DNA from: an uncultured Patescibacteria group bacterium
GTDB lineage: Bacteria > Patescibacteriota > Microgenomatia > UBA1400 > PJMF01
NCBI GenBank assembly: GCA_905478415.1
Contig: CAJQIG010000002.1
Coordinates: forward strand, 186,699-250,698
Reading direction: 5' to 3'
DNA: 64,000 nt
The translations under genes were made by a program, and so were the position numbers. The notes below the pieces were generated by a model. The model was not told where the DNA came from and ran no database searches. It saw nothing but the letters and a program-made list of their open reading frames with translations. The first letter of the stretch is position 1, and the number at the start of each line of letters is the position of its first letter. Shown piece by piece: positions 44,946 through 55,305 of this stretch.

Positions 44946-45512
44946 ATGCACAGAAAAAAAATTGCTTTGTTTGGAGGTGCCTTTGATCCTCCGCATCTTG
45001 GTCACCAAAAAGTTGCCAGCGTTGTCACTGCCGATTTTATTGATGAAGTTTGGTTTGTGCCAGTCTTTACGCACCCTTGGGCAAAAAAGTATCATAAAGA
45101 AAGTTTGGTCCGGTATGAAGACCGGCTTCAGATGTTGGAATTTCTGGTAGCAAAGAATCAAAAAATTGCTGAGTATCGTCAAGTGAGTTTTACGTATCCA
45201 ACACTCAAATTTTTTGAAGAACGGTATCCAGATTACGAGTTTTCATGGATCATGGGTTCAGAGTATATTGGTCGATTTGACGCGTTTCTTGAGGGTCACC
45301 CGAAGCTAAAAAACTTTACCTTTTATATCTATCCCCGAAAAGGATATCCCCTAGAAAACCTGCACCCAAACATGGTGGGTTTGTCTCAGATGAAGGAGAT
45401 TGATATCTCTTCGACTCAAGTCAAAGAACTGATTGAAAAAAAAGAGTCATTGGAAGATGTTGTTCTTCCTGAAGTCGCAGCCTACATCGAGTCCCATCAG
45501 CTCTACCAGTAG
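44946..45512 (+). CDS. nadD: nicotinate-nucleotide adenylyltransferase
   Basis: ALFGGAFDPPHLGH motif. Confidence 0.8.
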   Translation: MHRKKIALFGGAFDPPHLGHQKVASVVTADFIDEVWFVPVFTHPWAKKYHKESLVRYEDRLQMLEFLVAKNQKIAEYRQVSFTYPTLKFFEERYPDYEFSWIMGSEYIGRFDAFLEGHPKLKNFTFYIYPRKGYPLENLHPNMVGLSQMKEIDISSTQVKELIEKKESLEDVVLPEVAAYIESHQLYQ

Positions 45513-45546
45513 TCAGAATGCGTATCTTTCGTTATAAAAGAAGGTA

Positions 45547-46434
45547 ATGTCAAAACCACATACCCGCACTCCCGATACTCAATACCGAGAATTACTCGCT
45601 GAAATTTTAGAACATGGCGTCCGCACTCCTTCGCAGCAAGGGGTTGATGCTTTAACCTTGATTGGGCCAAAGCCACTCCATTTTAAGTTGAAAAATGGTT
45701 TTCCAATTATCACCGAACGAAAAATTAGTAAAAAAATTTGGAGCCAGGCTATTGGTGAGATTATTGGATTTATTAATGGGGCTCGTACCCAAGAAGAACT
45801 AGCAGAGTATGGTTGTAAGTGGTGGCATGCTTGGGTGACCGAAGCCAAATGTCATAAACGGGGTCTTGAAACTGGTGATATGGGTCCTGGAAGCTATGGC
45901 GCAGCTTTTCACGATTTTCCTACTGCCGAAGGGCCCACATTCAATCAATTTCAGAACATCATCGAGCAAATAAAAGAGAAACCCCAGCTTCGTACTCATT
46001 TCATTTCTCCCTGGATTCCTCAATACACTATTCGAGGGAAGGGAAAGCAACAAAAAGTCGTTGTTTGTCCGTGCCACGGTTGGATTCACATCAGAATTAT
46101 TGATGGAAAACTAACACTTCACATGTTCCAACGCAGTAGTGATACCCCGGTGGGGCTCCCTGCAAATTTGGCCCAGTATGCAGCGCTCACCATGATGATT
46201 GCTCAAGCTACCGGTTATGAAGCCTATGAGTATGTACACAGCTTTAGCGATGCTCATATTTATGTAGATCAACTTGATCATGTTAAAGAATTGTTAAAAC
46301 GAGAGCCAAAATCGCTTCCTGTTATGAAGATGAACCCCGACAAAAAAGACTTGTTTGAGTTTAGAGTCGAAGATTTTAAGTTAACCGAATATGACTACCA
46401 CCCAGGAATGTGGGACATTCCAGTAGCTATTTAG
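45547..46434 (+). CDS. thyA: thymidylate synthase (ThyA type)
   Basis: active-site region PCHGWIHIRI...; 295 aa. Confidence 0.9.
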   Translation: MSKPHTRTPDTQYRELLAEILEHGVRTPSQQGVDALTLIGPKPLHFKLKNGFPIITERKISKKIWSQAIGEIIGFINGARTQEELAEYGCKWWHAWVTEAKCHKRGLETGDMGPGSYGAAFHDFPTAEGPTFNQFQNIIEQIKEKPQLRTHFISPWIPQYTIRGKGKQQKVVVCPCHGWIHIRIIDGKLTLHMFQRSSDTPVGLPANLAQYAALTMMIAQATGYEAYEYVHSFSDAHIYVDQLDHVKELLKREPKSLPVMKMNPDKKDLFEFRVEDFKLTEYDYHPGMWDIPVAI

Positions 46435-46446
46435 GAAAGTATCCAT

Positions 46447-46905
46447 ATGGTAGATAAACCTGTTGTAGATCTAGATAATTATAGAGAGCCAGAGCAACTT
46501 GAGGTTATGCAGCAAATCCAAAAGGATGGAGTTTGTCCGTTCTGCATGGATGAATTTACAAAACACCAAACTGAAGAGACATTATTCGATGGTAAGTACT
46601 GGCTTTTAACGTATAACCGCTGGCCCTATAAAAACACTAAAGTCCATTTATTGGCAATTTATAAAGAACACGCTGAGCATATTTTAGAAGTTGAGCCGGC
46701 CGCAGGGGCAGAGTTAATTGAGGTATTCCAGTGGGCTTCCACACACTTTACTGTGCCAGGTGGTGGTTTTGTAATGCGATTTGGAGATACTAATTATTCG
46801 GCGGGGAGTGTGCAACATTTGCATGCCCAGTTTATACAGCCTGATATTGATGCTGCTACTTACGAGCCGGTGCGGGTGAAGTTGGGGAAGAGTAGGAAAG
46901 AGTAA
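46447..46905 (+). CDS. HIT-superfamily (GalT/Ap4A-phosphorylase-like) protein with an HxHxQ motif
   Basis: CPFC zinc motif and SVQHLHAQF. Confidence 0.45.
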   Translation: MVDKPVVDLDNYREPEQLEVMQQIQKDGVCPFCMDEFTKHQTEETLFDGKYWLLTYNRWPYKNTKVHLLAIYKEHAEHILEVEPAAGAELIEVFQWASTHFTVPGGGFVMRFGDTNYSAGSVQHLHAQFIQPDIDAATYEPVRVKLGKSRKE

Positions 46906-47051
46906 CTACTTTGTTTTAATCCTATATTTTTTTAAAGTATGCTATATACTATAATTTAGCGAGTACTTGCGCATTTTTTGTGCGGGTATGTAGCTGTTTT
47001 TTAACAATACTTTAACCGCATGTTTTTCAAAAAAACGAGGAGGTTTTTTTT

Positions 47052-47513
47052 ATGAACGTGACCGTCAATTGGTGGAGATCATTAATTTTTGTAGCACTGA
47101 TGATGATGACAACTCTACTCTGTGTTCAAGGTGCGGAGTTTACAATTCACAGGACAATTCCTGCGAATTCATACAAGCAGTTAAATCGGGGTTATGTGTA
47201 TACCACAGAGTCTGGTGAACCTGTTTCGATGGAGTTATATTCGGACTCAGAGTTTGTGATTGAGTGTGATGGAGAAATACCGGCTGACAACCCTAATGGG
47301 CTTGAAGGTATTCCTCAGACTTCATACTTTAATTTCAAACAAACAGTGACTTGTGAGAGGTTCATTGTGTTGATTGGCTACCCATATCTCAACGCTCCAG
47401 GAATTGTTCAAGGGAATGATATTGTTCCCTTCAATAATATTTTTGGGATGATTATCTTGGGTTTGGTACTGATGGCTCTTTGGTTCTGTCTCTGTTTTGT
47501 TTGGAAGAGGTAA
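47052..47513 (+). CDS. hypothetical membrane protein
   Basis: strong RBS (aggagg), N- and C-terminal TM segments. Confidence 0.4.
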   Translation: MNVTVNWWRSLIFVALMMMTTLLCVQGAEFTIHRTIPANSYKQLNRGYVYTTESGEPVSMELYSDSEFVIECDGEIPADNPNGLEGIPQTSYFNFKQTVTCERFIVLIGYPYLNAPGIVQGNDIVPFNNIFGMIILGLVLMALWFCLCFVWKR

Positions 47514-47546
47514 CGCACTAAAGTTGGTGTAGAAGATATTGTTATA

Positions 47547-47578
47547 TAGCAGCCCGGTTTATTCGGGCTGCTTTTTTA
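47547..47578 (+). terminator. rho-independent terminator
   Basis: agcagcccgg-tttatt-cgggctgct followed by ttttt. Confidence 0.6.
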
Positions 47579-48394
47579 TCCTAAATGCGCAAGTACCACT
47601 CCAGCTTGTTGTAATATAGTTTCCCCATCGAGCATGCTATAGCCCTCAGAAAAATACAGTTTTGAGATACCACTACATGCAATCAATTTTGCGCACACAG
47701 GGCAAGGAAAAGTGGTGACATACAGTTCGGCGCCATCGAGCGACAGTCCTTTTTTAGCCGCATCTGCAATCAGGGCAGCTTCGGCATGAATAGCGGTAGA
47801 AAGATCGATGTGTTCACCTTTGTGGAATGAATTGCGAGGGTCACTGTCAATGTATGGCGTGTAGGGAGAGGGCAAATGATGGTTGTGAGTTACCGAAATA
47901 ATCTCTCCCTTTTGAACCAGAGCGCAGCCAACTTGGCGCCACCAATCACTACTATGCTCAGCCACTTCAAATGTTGCTGCAGTTATGGAATCTGGTTCAT
48001 GTTGAGTTAGAGTGTTATCTCGATTCCACCGTAAAAATGTTTGGTTATATGTTATTTGCGCTTTTGAAAGTTTTTTTTCTGCCAGCCATAGGAAGATATC
48101 TTCATCTGGAAGTATGAGTTGTTGATTTTCAATAGCTAGTTGTTGGAGTTTTTTGGGATCTAAGAGAGAGATGTTTTTCTTGGGGAAGATTGCTCTGAGG
48201 CTTGTTAGGGCATTTTCTGGAGAGAGGGCTCTAATTTCTTTTCGCAAGTAATCAAAGTGGGTATCAATAAGTGCAATCATTTTTTCATCTAAGATATACA
48301 CAGTTGTTTCGTCAGTCAGTTGGGATACGAAGTCAAGATATCCTTTATGGAGAACGGGAAGGTAGAGAAGTGCTGCTGTTTTTGGAGTTGGCAT
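47576..48394 (-). CDS. dCMP/cytidine deaminase-family protein with a ~135-aa N-terminal extra domain
   Basis: HAEAALIADAAK...PCPVCAKLI zinc-binding motifs in the C-terminal half. Confidence 0.7.
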   Translation of the reverse strand: MPTPKTAALLYLPVLHKGYLDFVSQLTDETTVYILDEKMIALIDTHFDYLRKEIRALSPENALTSLRAIFPKKNISLLDPKKLQQLAIENQQLILPDEDIFLWLAEKKLSKAQITYNQTFLRWNRDNTLTQHEPDSITAATFEVAEHSSDWWRQVGCALVQKGEIISVTHNHHLPSPYTPYIDSDPRNSFHKGEHIDLSTAIHAEAALIADAAKKGLSLDGAELYVTTFPCPVCAKLIACSGISKLYFSEGYSMLDGETILQQAGVVLAHLG

Positions 48395-48954
48395 TAGTGA
48401 TGACTTTTAAGTTCTTCAAGTATTTCTTCCATGGCTGAAATAACTTTGTGAGATAATGTTTTACTAATTTTTTTAGCCATTCCAAGTTGGACAAGGCGTA
48501 GTTTGGCACTGGTTGAAGTGGTCGCCATAGGATCAAGCACAACTACTTCACCACAGATTTTTTTGAGTTTAGTCAGTTGCACTTTAGAATAAGTTTCTTT
48601 AGTGGTGATTAACACATTCGGTGAGATGAGACGAATCAGTTCCCATTTGGGTTCTGTTAGGTTTTTAATAACTGCATGATCAACGGCGGTAATGTAGGTA
48701 ACCATTTCGAGTCGTTCAGTTTCTGGGACAATGGGTCGATCTGGACCCTTTCGCTTCTTAATTTTTTCATCCGAATCAATCCCCACAAACAGGACATCAC
48801 CATAGGTTTTGGCAGTAGTCAGGTAGCGACCGTGTCCAATATGAAGCATATCAAAGGAGCCTTGTGTAAGGATAATTTTTTTACCTGCCTTGCGGTAGTG
48901 CTCGGCTAGTTGGGCAATATCGGAGTAATCGTTGACCATTTTTTCTTCGTTCAT
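48394..48954 (-). CDS. cytidylyltransferase-like nucleotidyltransferase (HldE domain II-like)
   Basis: ILTQGSFDMLHIGHGRYLTTAK HxGH motif. Confidence 0.6.
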   Translation of the reverse strand: MNEEKMVNDYSDIAQLAEHYRKAGKKIILTQGSFDMLHIGHGRYLTTAKTYGDVLFVGIDSDEKIKKRKGPDRPIVPETERLEMVTYITAVDHAVIKNLTEPKWELIRLISPNVLITTKETYSKVQLTKLKKICGEVVVLDPMATTSTSAKLRLVQLGMAKKISKTLSHKVISAMEEILEELKSHH

Positions 48955-49013
48955 AGTACGTATCGTAGCATGCCGAAATCGTTTTGTCAGAGAATCTGTG
49001 GTAGAGTACTGGT

Positions 49014-49523
49014 ATGAAAGTTACCTTAATCGCAGCTGTCACCATTGATGGTTTTATTGCTCGGGATGATGTCCATTTATCTACTCGTTGGACTAGTAAA
49101 GAAGACACTCGTTTTTTTAGAAGGTTGTCTGCTAAAGTCGGCCATATGGTAGTTGGTTCAAAAACCTTTAAAACATTTGATAGAAAAATGGCTGGGCGAA
49201 AGATCTATGTGTACTCGCACAAACAAACAGTCGAAAATAGTTCTGAAAACGATATTGAGGTAGTGTCTGCCTCCCCCAAAAAATTTATTACAGACCTTGA
49301 ATCTAGGGGCGTTGCGGAAGTGCTGATCTGTGGTGGATCATCAATATATACTCTTTTTATGAAGGCAGGGGTTGTTGACCGGTTGTTGCTGACTCAAGAG
49401 TCTACTATTTTTGGAGCCGGTGTCCCGTTGTTTTCGGAGCCACTCAAGACAAAGGTCAGTTTAGATATTATTCACAACTTATCAGACCAAACAAAAGTTT
49501 TTGAGTATGAGGTGATGAAATGA
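49014..49523 (+). CDS. dihydrofolate reductase-family protein
   Basis: MKVTLIAAVTIDGFIA...GHMVVGSKTF DHFR/RibD_C-like pattern; sits beside thyA and dut. Confidence 0.55.
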   Translation: MKVTLIAAVTIDGFIARDDVHLSTRWTSKEDTRFFRRLSAKVGHMVVGSKTFKTFDRKMAGRKIYVYSHKQTVENSSENDIEVVSASPKKFITDLESRGVAEVLICGGSSIYTLFMKAGVVDRLLLTQESTIFGAGVPLFSEPLKTKVSLDIIHNLSDQTKVFEYEVMK

Positions 49524-49960
49524 AAACATTAACCGTTACGTTTAAGCGTTTTGATACCTCTTTGCCAATTCCAGAATATAAAACTTCTGGAGCTGCAGCT
49601 TTTGATTTATATGCTCGTGAGGAAACAACGATCGCGGCTGGAAAAATTGGCTACATTCCACTCAATATTGCTTTACAGTTGCCCGAAGAGTACTGGGCAT
49701 TGGTATCGGCACGGAGTTCACTGCATAAACGCGGGCTACTTTTAGCCAATGGTATTGGTGTGGGAGACTATGACTTTAGAGGGCCGAACGATGAATATAA
49801 GGCTCCAGTTCTTAATTTTTCTGATGTTGAAGTGACTATCGAAAAGGGTGAGCGGGTAGTGCAGATGATTATTATGCATCGTCACCCAGTTTCTCTTGTC
49901 GAGCTGAAAGAATTTGAGGGTCAAAATCGTGGGGGATTTGGTACCACTGGTCGTAAATAA
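49520..49960 (+). CDS. dut: dUTP diphosphatase
   Basis: RSSLHKRGL, GVGDYDFRGP and C-terminal RGGFGTTG motifs. Confidence 0.85.
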   Translation: MKTLTVTFKRFDTSLPIPEYKTSGAAAFDLYAREETTIAAGKIGYIPLNIALQLPEEYWALVSARSSLHKRGLLLANGIGVGDYDFRGPNDEYKAPVLNFSDVEVTIEKGERVVQMIIMHRHPVSLVELKEFEGQNRGGFGTTGRK

Positions 49961-50103
49961 GTAGGTTACATATCCATTCTGTACATTTTTTGTTCAATAC
50001 TGCTCAATGTGCCCATACGGCTTCTTTTCATTTTGGGAGAGACACGAAATGTGGTAATTTAGAGCTTGCACACCCACTACATCTTGTGGTTTTATTGTAA
50101 GGT

Positions 50104-51114
50104 ATGTCTGCCGCAATTACGAAAGAAATCCGCCACACTTATTCACTTTCTGAGTCAGAATCTCTTTGGAAAAATGAGAAACCAGACCTGATTGTTTTCT
50201 CTTCTTCGAGTGTCCGCAAGGCACTCATTTTTTCTTGGGCACTGCATGATTTTTCTTTTGATCATGTTGATCAAATGGGTCTGACGATCAAAGGGCCAGG
50301 GTTAAAAGGTCTTACAACTCCAGCTGAGATTCAAGAGTATTTCAATACTTATATCTATAATGGTGATATGGCCCTTCGGCAACAAGTTTGCCTAGGTGAA
50401 TTCGAAGGGGTCCCCGTTTGGGCGTACCCTCAAACAACTGAATCAGATAAAAATGATGATCCCATAGCCGAGGCTCGTAACAAAGCAACTGCTTTTGCAG
50501 ATCAATTTGCTGGTCGAAATGTTTTTTTTATTGCCAGTGATGTGGTGGGCACATCTTCTAACTTTATTGATGAAGTAGGTACACAAATTAAAATGGGCAA
50601 GCCAATAAACTTTAGATCCAGTTTAGAGGTAGAAGCTGCAGAACAGGGATCTCAGACACCGTTATGGGAATCTCCCGAAGCCTTCATTGCTTGGTATAAG
50701 GAGGTTGTGTTTGAAGTTAACTCTACTTTAGGACACATTTCTGGAGTAGTCGTACTTGATGCAGCAGAACACCAACTGTATGCCACCGAAGTTGAACTGT
50801 ACCATCAGCTTTCAGCCGAACTACACCAACACTTAGAAGTGTTATCCGATGCGGGTTTAGGCGGTGCTTGGCAGCAGATACAAGCGTATTTACAAGATTC
50901 TTTAACCTTGCTGGGAGATGCTGTTGTAGACATTATCCCAACTCACGCTGATCCAGACGAAGAAACTACAGAACAGCTAGTCTTTGCTCATATGATTGGG
51001 GTTCAAGTTCTGGCATTTTTAGAACTTTTAGTGGGCGTACAGCGAGATGAAGTAGCGGTGCTCTCGGCAAAGAAACCAGTACAAAATCTTATTTTTGATG
51101 GGGAGAGTCGCTAA
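50104..51114 (+). CDS. hypothetical protein
   Basis: 336-aa ORF; stop overlaps the next start (TAATG). Confidence 0.4.
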   Translation: MSAAITKEIRHTYSLSESESLWKNEKPDLIVFSSSSVRKALIFSWALHDFSFDHVDQMGLTIKGPGLKGLTTPAEIQEYFNTYIYNGDMALRQQVCLGEFEGVPVWAYPQTTESDKNDDPIAEARNKATAFADQFAGRNVFFIASDVVGTSSNFIDEVGTQIKMGKPINFRSSLEVEAAEQGSQTPLWESPEAFIAWYKEVVFEVNSTLGHISGVVVLDAAEHQLYATEVELYHQLSAELHQHLEVLSDAGLGGAWQQIQAYLQDSLTLLGDAVVDIIPTHADPDEETTEQLVFAHMIGVQVLAFLELLVGVQRDEVAVLSAKKPVQNLIFDGESR

Positions 51115-51860
51115 TGTCACATCCATTTATTGAAGCTCGGGAAAAGGTCGATGAAATGCGTCGTCAAGCTAATTTACTCGAGGCTGTTGATCAGTTTGCA
51201 GCTCCCGAATTTTTACTTTCAATGGCAGTTACCGAGTTGCACGAGTATGCTCAGGAACAAGAAAAATATGGAACTCCAAACTACGATGTAGTAGCTACCA
51301 ATGGTGAGTTTGATGATATTGCTGTTTTCTTTTTTTCTTGGATCCAAACGTATGCCGCTAACGTCGATATGTTGCAAACAATTCATTCTGCTAATGGCTA
51401 TGGCAGTCATTCTGCAGCATTAGAGCAGTTGGGCCCCGTTATTCAAGATGCCGCAGATGATCTGCGAGCAGTTCCAGAAGTTATTACTCGGTTAGCTTCG
51501 ATTGGTATGCACATGCCAGTTCCGTATGTAGCTTTTGAAGGTATGGACAGGACAGTGAATAAAGTGCTTTCAAACCGTCCACCAGCGTTATATTCAGTCT
51601 TTTGCCCTAGTAAAGGTAGAGAATTGAAGGATGAGGAGTTAGTACGCAAGTACCAGCATTTGGAGAAGGGGACGCGCATGATTCGTAACAAGGTGGGGCG
51701 AACCTTGCAACCTGCAGATTGGCAGCCATACTATCAACAGTTGGTTGGTTGGACTCAGTCAGAAACGAACTTAACAGTACTCCAGCATCAACTGGCTCAA
51801 GGGATGCCGGTTACGCCAGTTCAATTAGAGAATGCTAAAACAAAGCTGTATACTAGCTAA
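51114..51860 (+). CDS. hypothetical protein
   Basis: 248-aa ORF translationally coupled to the upstream gene. Confidence 0.4.
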   Translation: MSHPFIEAREKVDEMRRQANLLEAVDQFAAPEFLLSMAVTELHEYAQEQEKYGTPNYDVVATNGEFDDIAVFFFSWIQTYAANVDMLQTIHSANGYGSHSAALEQLGPVIQDAADDLRAVPEVITRLASIGMHMPVPYVAFEGMDRTVNKVLSNRPPALYSVFCPSKGRELKDEELVRKYQHLEKGTRMIRNKVGRTLQPADWQPYYQQLVGWTQSETNLTVLQHQLAQGMPVTPVQLENAKTKLYTS

Positions 51861-51902
51861 AAGTAAATAAAAATCAATAGAGTTGTGTAACGGAGGGAAC
51901 GT

Positions 51903-52544
51903 ATGAACGAGTCTACAAATAAAGGCTTTTTGCTTACGCTTGAAGGTGGTGAGGGTGGTGGAAAGACCACACAGATAGTGCGCCTCAAAGATCGCTTATT
52001 CAAAGAGGGTAAAGATGTGGTGGTGCTTCGTGAGCCGGGTGGAACGGTTATCAGTGAGCAAATTCGAGATGTAGTGTTATCTTCAAAAAATATTGGTATT
52101 GCCTTTACAGCAGAGGTACTTTTATTTCAGGCTGCTCGGGCACAAATTTATCGAGAAATTGTTTTGCCCTCACTTGAAGCTGGCAAGATAGTCATTATGG
52201 ATCGCTCGCGCGACAGCTCTGTAGTCTATCAAGGCATGGTCCGAGGTTTCGGGAAAGATATGATTGAAAAACTCAACGACCTCTCAACGAGAGATACTTA
52301 TCCAGATGCAACATTTTTACTTGATTTACCAGCTGAAATCGGATTACAAAGAAGACAGGAATCTGGCAAGCTTGATCGTTTAGATATGGAAGGAAATGAG
52401 TTTCATTTCAAAATTCGAAAAGCATATCTTGAGCTTGCCGAAAGCGATACTACTGGTCGATGGCAGGTGATTGATGCTTCAAAGTCTCTCGAAGAAGTTG
52501 AGGCTGCTTTGTGGAAAAAAACAAAACAAGTATTGGGTTTATAA
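51903..52544 (+). CDS. tmk: thymidylate kinase
   Basis: LTLEGGEGGGKTTQ P-loop and REPGGT motif. Confidence 0.85.
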   Translation: MNESTNKGFLLTLEGGEGGGKTTQIVRLKDRLFKEGKDVVVLREPGGTVISEQIRDVVLSSKNIGIAFTAEVLLFQAARAQIYREIVLPSLEAGKIVIMDRSRDSSVVYQGMVRGFGKDMIEKLNDLSTRDTYPDATFLLDLPAEIGLQRRQESGKLDRLDMEGNEFHFKIRKAYLELAESDTTGRWQVIDASKSLEEVEAALWKKTKQVLGL

Positions 52545-52584
52545 GCGTCTTCTCTTATAGATCGTTAGAGACTATCATGGTTCT

Positions 52585-53979
52585 ATGGTAGAAAAAAATT
52601 CACACGTTGCTAGCTTAGAAGAAGATGCACCTTCTGTAGAAGAAGAGTATGCGTCTTTTTCATTTTTGGCAACTACTTCACCAGATCAAACGTTTCGAGT
52701 AGCTCAAGAGCATCTAGAAGAAATTTTTGGAGATTTAACTGATAAAAAAGGTCGCAATCTATTGGAACACTATGGTGAAGCCGAGTGTTTATCTGTTTTG
52801 GCTCGGGTAGAGTATATTGCTCAAGAATTGCAAGCTGCGCTAGTTGACTCAGATATTTTAGAAAGTGAGTCAATTAGGAGCGCTGTTTCTGACAAAGTAG
52901 TCGAAAAAGTTCGTCGGTTTTTAATTGATCTTACGCCTTTGGGAAGTACTGCTCCAGATGCTGTTTGGTCTGAGTATGCTCCACAAGTTCGGGAACATGA
53001 TACGGAACGTGCGAAGAAATATGGATATGAGAGTGGGGGTGTCTACCTGAATCCCGAATGGGATCAGCTTGATCGTGCTTCTGAAAAAAGTAAGAACCAA
53101 CCAGAAACTCGGCAAGAAATTAATTTTTATCAGCGTTTGTTAACGCACGTGATGATGACTACTATTTTTGTTGAGAAGTTGGGAACTCAAATCAATGCGG
53201 TTCTAGAGCTAGCAAATCGTGATGGAACTGCCTTGGATGAAGGTGCGTTTGGTTACCTGAAAGAGAAGAATGGCCAGTATCGCACCATTGATCTTAATCG
53301 GATGAAGGTGCGAATGTTAGTGCACGATATTGGTCGTTGGGCGACGCATCACCCGGTTCTGCACGAAACGCTACCTGACTTACTAGCACATTATTTAGGA
53401 GTGACACCGCCCCTAATTCAATATGAATTCAATCATCAAGAGCGGTATTTCTCAGGAACAGTAGATACGGTGAATCCTCAAAACATACCGATTGAAGAAT
53501 CTCTGTTTCACTTTATTGATTTTATTGCGAAGCGTGATGATGAAAGCGATCTTGAGTCGGTAAAAGTTCGTCGCTTAGACCAATTGGCAGAACATGCTAT
53601 TGCTCGAGCCTCTGGATACAATGGTAAGCTTAAGGAATTTTGGGAGGCACAGCTGCGAATGCGGTTAGAGGGGGGCACGTTATCTCTTGAAGATTTAATT
53701 CGGAAAGCCTTGGAAATACTGAGTGATTCACATGACCCGGGTCAGGCAGAGTTCTATAAGATGGAGCTGCAGTTTCTGCAAAATATTTTGCCTTTTTTAG
53801 GAACACAAAAAGAACCAGGTTTATTTCAAACAGTCGGAACTTCTCTTGAGGAACAGATTGCGTTTGGAGAGCAGGAATTTGAACAACAGATCGATTCGGG
53901 TGAATTGCTTGGATATCAAGATATTCCGGTCAGTAGCGTAGTTGCTACTTCTATTACCACTGCTTTAACTGGAAAGTAA
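52585..53979 (+). CDS. hypothetical protein, possible HD-domain phosphohydrolase
   Basis: 464 aa; MLVHDIGRW...HH segment suggestive of the HD motif. Confidence 0.35.
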   Translation: MVEKNSHVASLEEDAPSVEEEYASFSFLATTSPDQTFRVAQEHLEEIFGDLTDKKGRNLLEHYGEAECLSVLARVEYIAQELQAALVDSDILESESIRSAVSDKVVEKVRRFLIDLTPLGSTAPDAVWSEYAPQVREHDTERAKKYGYESGGVYLNPEWDQLDRASEKSKNQPETRQEINFYQRLLTHVMMTTIFVEKLGTQINAVLELANRDGTALDEGAFGYLKEKNGQYRTIDLNRMKVRMLVHDIGRWATHHPVLHETLPDLLAHYLGVTPPLIQYEFNHQERYFSGTVDTVNPQNIPIEESLFHFIDFIAKRDDESDLESVKVRRLDQLAEHAIARASGYNGKLKEFWEAQLRMRLEGGTLSLEDLIRKALEILSDSHDPGQAEFYKMELQFLQNILPFLGTQKEPGLFQTVGTSLEEQIAFGEQEFEQQIDSGELLGYQDIPVSSVVATSITTALTGK

Positions 53980-54022
53980 TTAACTCTTGGCTAAGCTGGC
54001 GATAACTTGTAGGATGTGGGCT

Positions 54023-54637
54023 ATGAGTTCAATCAAATTACCACGAGCAGTCACCGATTTAGTCGATAGTTTTGAAAAACTGCCAGGTGTTGGGCCAAAA
54101 TCTGCCCAGCGACTAGTTTTTTATTTACTGCATAATCCTGAGCGCGAGTTAGAATCTTTTGCTGAGAATTTGTTGAAGCTTAAAAAGAATACTGTTCTTT
54201 GTGAGCAGTGCCATAATGTCAGTGAAACAAATCCGTGTCCCATTTGTGCAGACGAGAGTCGCGATGACAGTATGCTCTGCATAGTAGAGCAACCACTTGA
54301 TGTGTTGGCTCTTGAGCGCTCAGATGCGTATAAGGGGCGGTACCATGTACTGCATGGTTCTATAGCCCCTCTCAACAACATTGGGCCCGAACAGTTGTAT
54401 TTGCACGACATTGTGAAGCGACTTGAGGGAGTAGCTGAGATTGTGTTAGCTACAAACCCCACCATGGAGGGGGAGGCCACGGCACTCTATATTACGGAGT
54501 ACTTAACGCAAGCCAGTGTTCCTACTACTGAGATTGTGATGACCAGAATCGGCCATGGGTTACCCATTGGGGCAGATATTGAGTACGCTGATGGCATGAC
54601 GCTCTCACGAGCTCTTGAGGGGCGCCGAAAAGTGTAA
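54023..54637 (+). CDS. recR: recombination protein RecR (start at internal Met)
   Basis: LPGVGPKSAQRL HhH, C4 zinc finger CEQC...CPIC, Toprim domain. Confidence 0.85.
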   Translation: MSSIKLPRAVTDLVDSFEKLPGVGPKSAQRLVFYLLHNPERELESFAENLLKLKKNTVLCEQCHNVSETNPCPICADESRDDSMLCIVEQPLDVLALERSDAYKGRYHVLHGSIAPLNNIGPEQLYLHDIVKRLEGVAEIVLATNPTMEGEATALYITEYLTQASVPTTEIVMTRIGHGLPIGADIEYADGMTLSRALEGRRKV

Positions 54638-54838
54638 AACTAGCACTTTTTTCTGATGGTTTAGTACCCAGTTTGATTTCTTGCTGTTTTGGTTTTATTT
54701 GGTACTATATAAGTACATGGCGCAAGTCAAAACACATACTTCAATCCGCTGTTCTTTTGAAAGAAAGAGGCGGTTTTTTCGTTTACAGCTTGAATGAGTA
54801 GCAATACGTTTCACTTCGGTGAAATGGAAAGGGATACT

Positions 54839-55204
54839 ATGACAGTCATTGTCGAGTCCAAACGCATGAAAGTAACGAAGGCACTTCGGGACTTCATTGA
54901 GAAGCAAACTCAAAAAATAGTGAAACTCAATAAGAAGGCTACTCAGGTGCGCGTTCACCTCGAGACCAACCAGCGAAAATCAAACGATCCACTTTCGAAC
55001 GTGGTCACTTTTTTAGTTGAGATTCCTGGAAAAAACATTGTGATCACTAAGCATGCCGTCAACATGTACGATGCCATCGTCGATGCTGCAGCTGGAGCTG
55101 CCAGGCAACTTCGAAAAAAGCATGAGAAGCGAATGACAAATCAGAGAAATCAGCGCGCAACGGTAGCTTTGGAGGTTGAGGAAGAACCTGTCGCTGTAGG
55201 TTAG
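54839..55204 (+). CDS. hpf: ribosome hibernation promoting factor (RaiA/HPF family)
   Basis: MTVIVESKRMKVTKALRDFIEKQ resembles the HPF N-terminus; ~120 aa. Confidence 0.65.
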   Translation: MTVIVESKRMKVTKALRDFIEKQTQKIVKLNKKATQVRVHLETNQRKSNDPLSNVVTFLVEIPGKNIVITKHAVNMYDAIVDAAAGAARQLRKKHEKRMTNQRNQRATVALEVEEEPVAVG

Positions 55205-55305
55205 GCTTGATTTAAACCTTCTCTCTAGAGTATCTTAAGGGTATGCCCATTTGGGTAGTACTTAATGTACGCGAAGGTAACTAACTAGACAAAAAAGGAC
55301 GTTTT

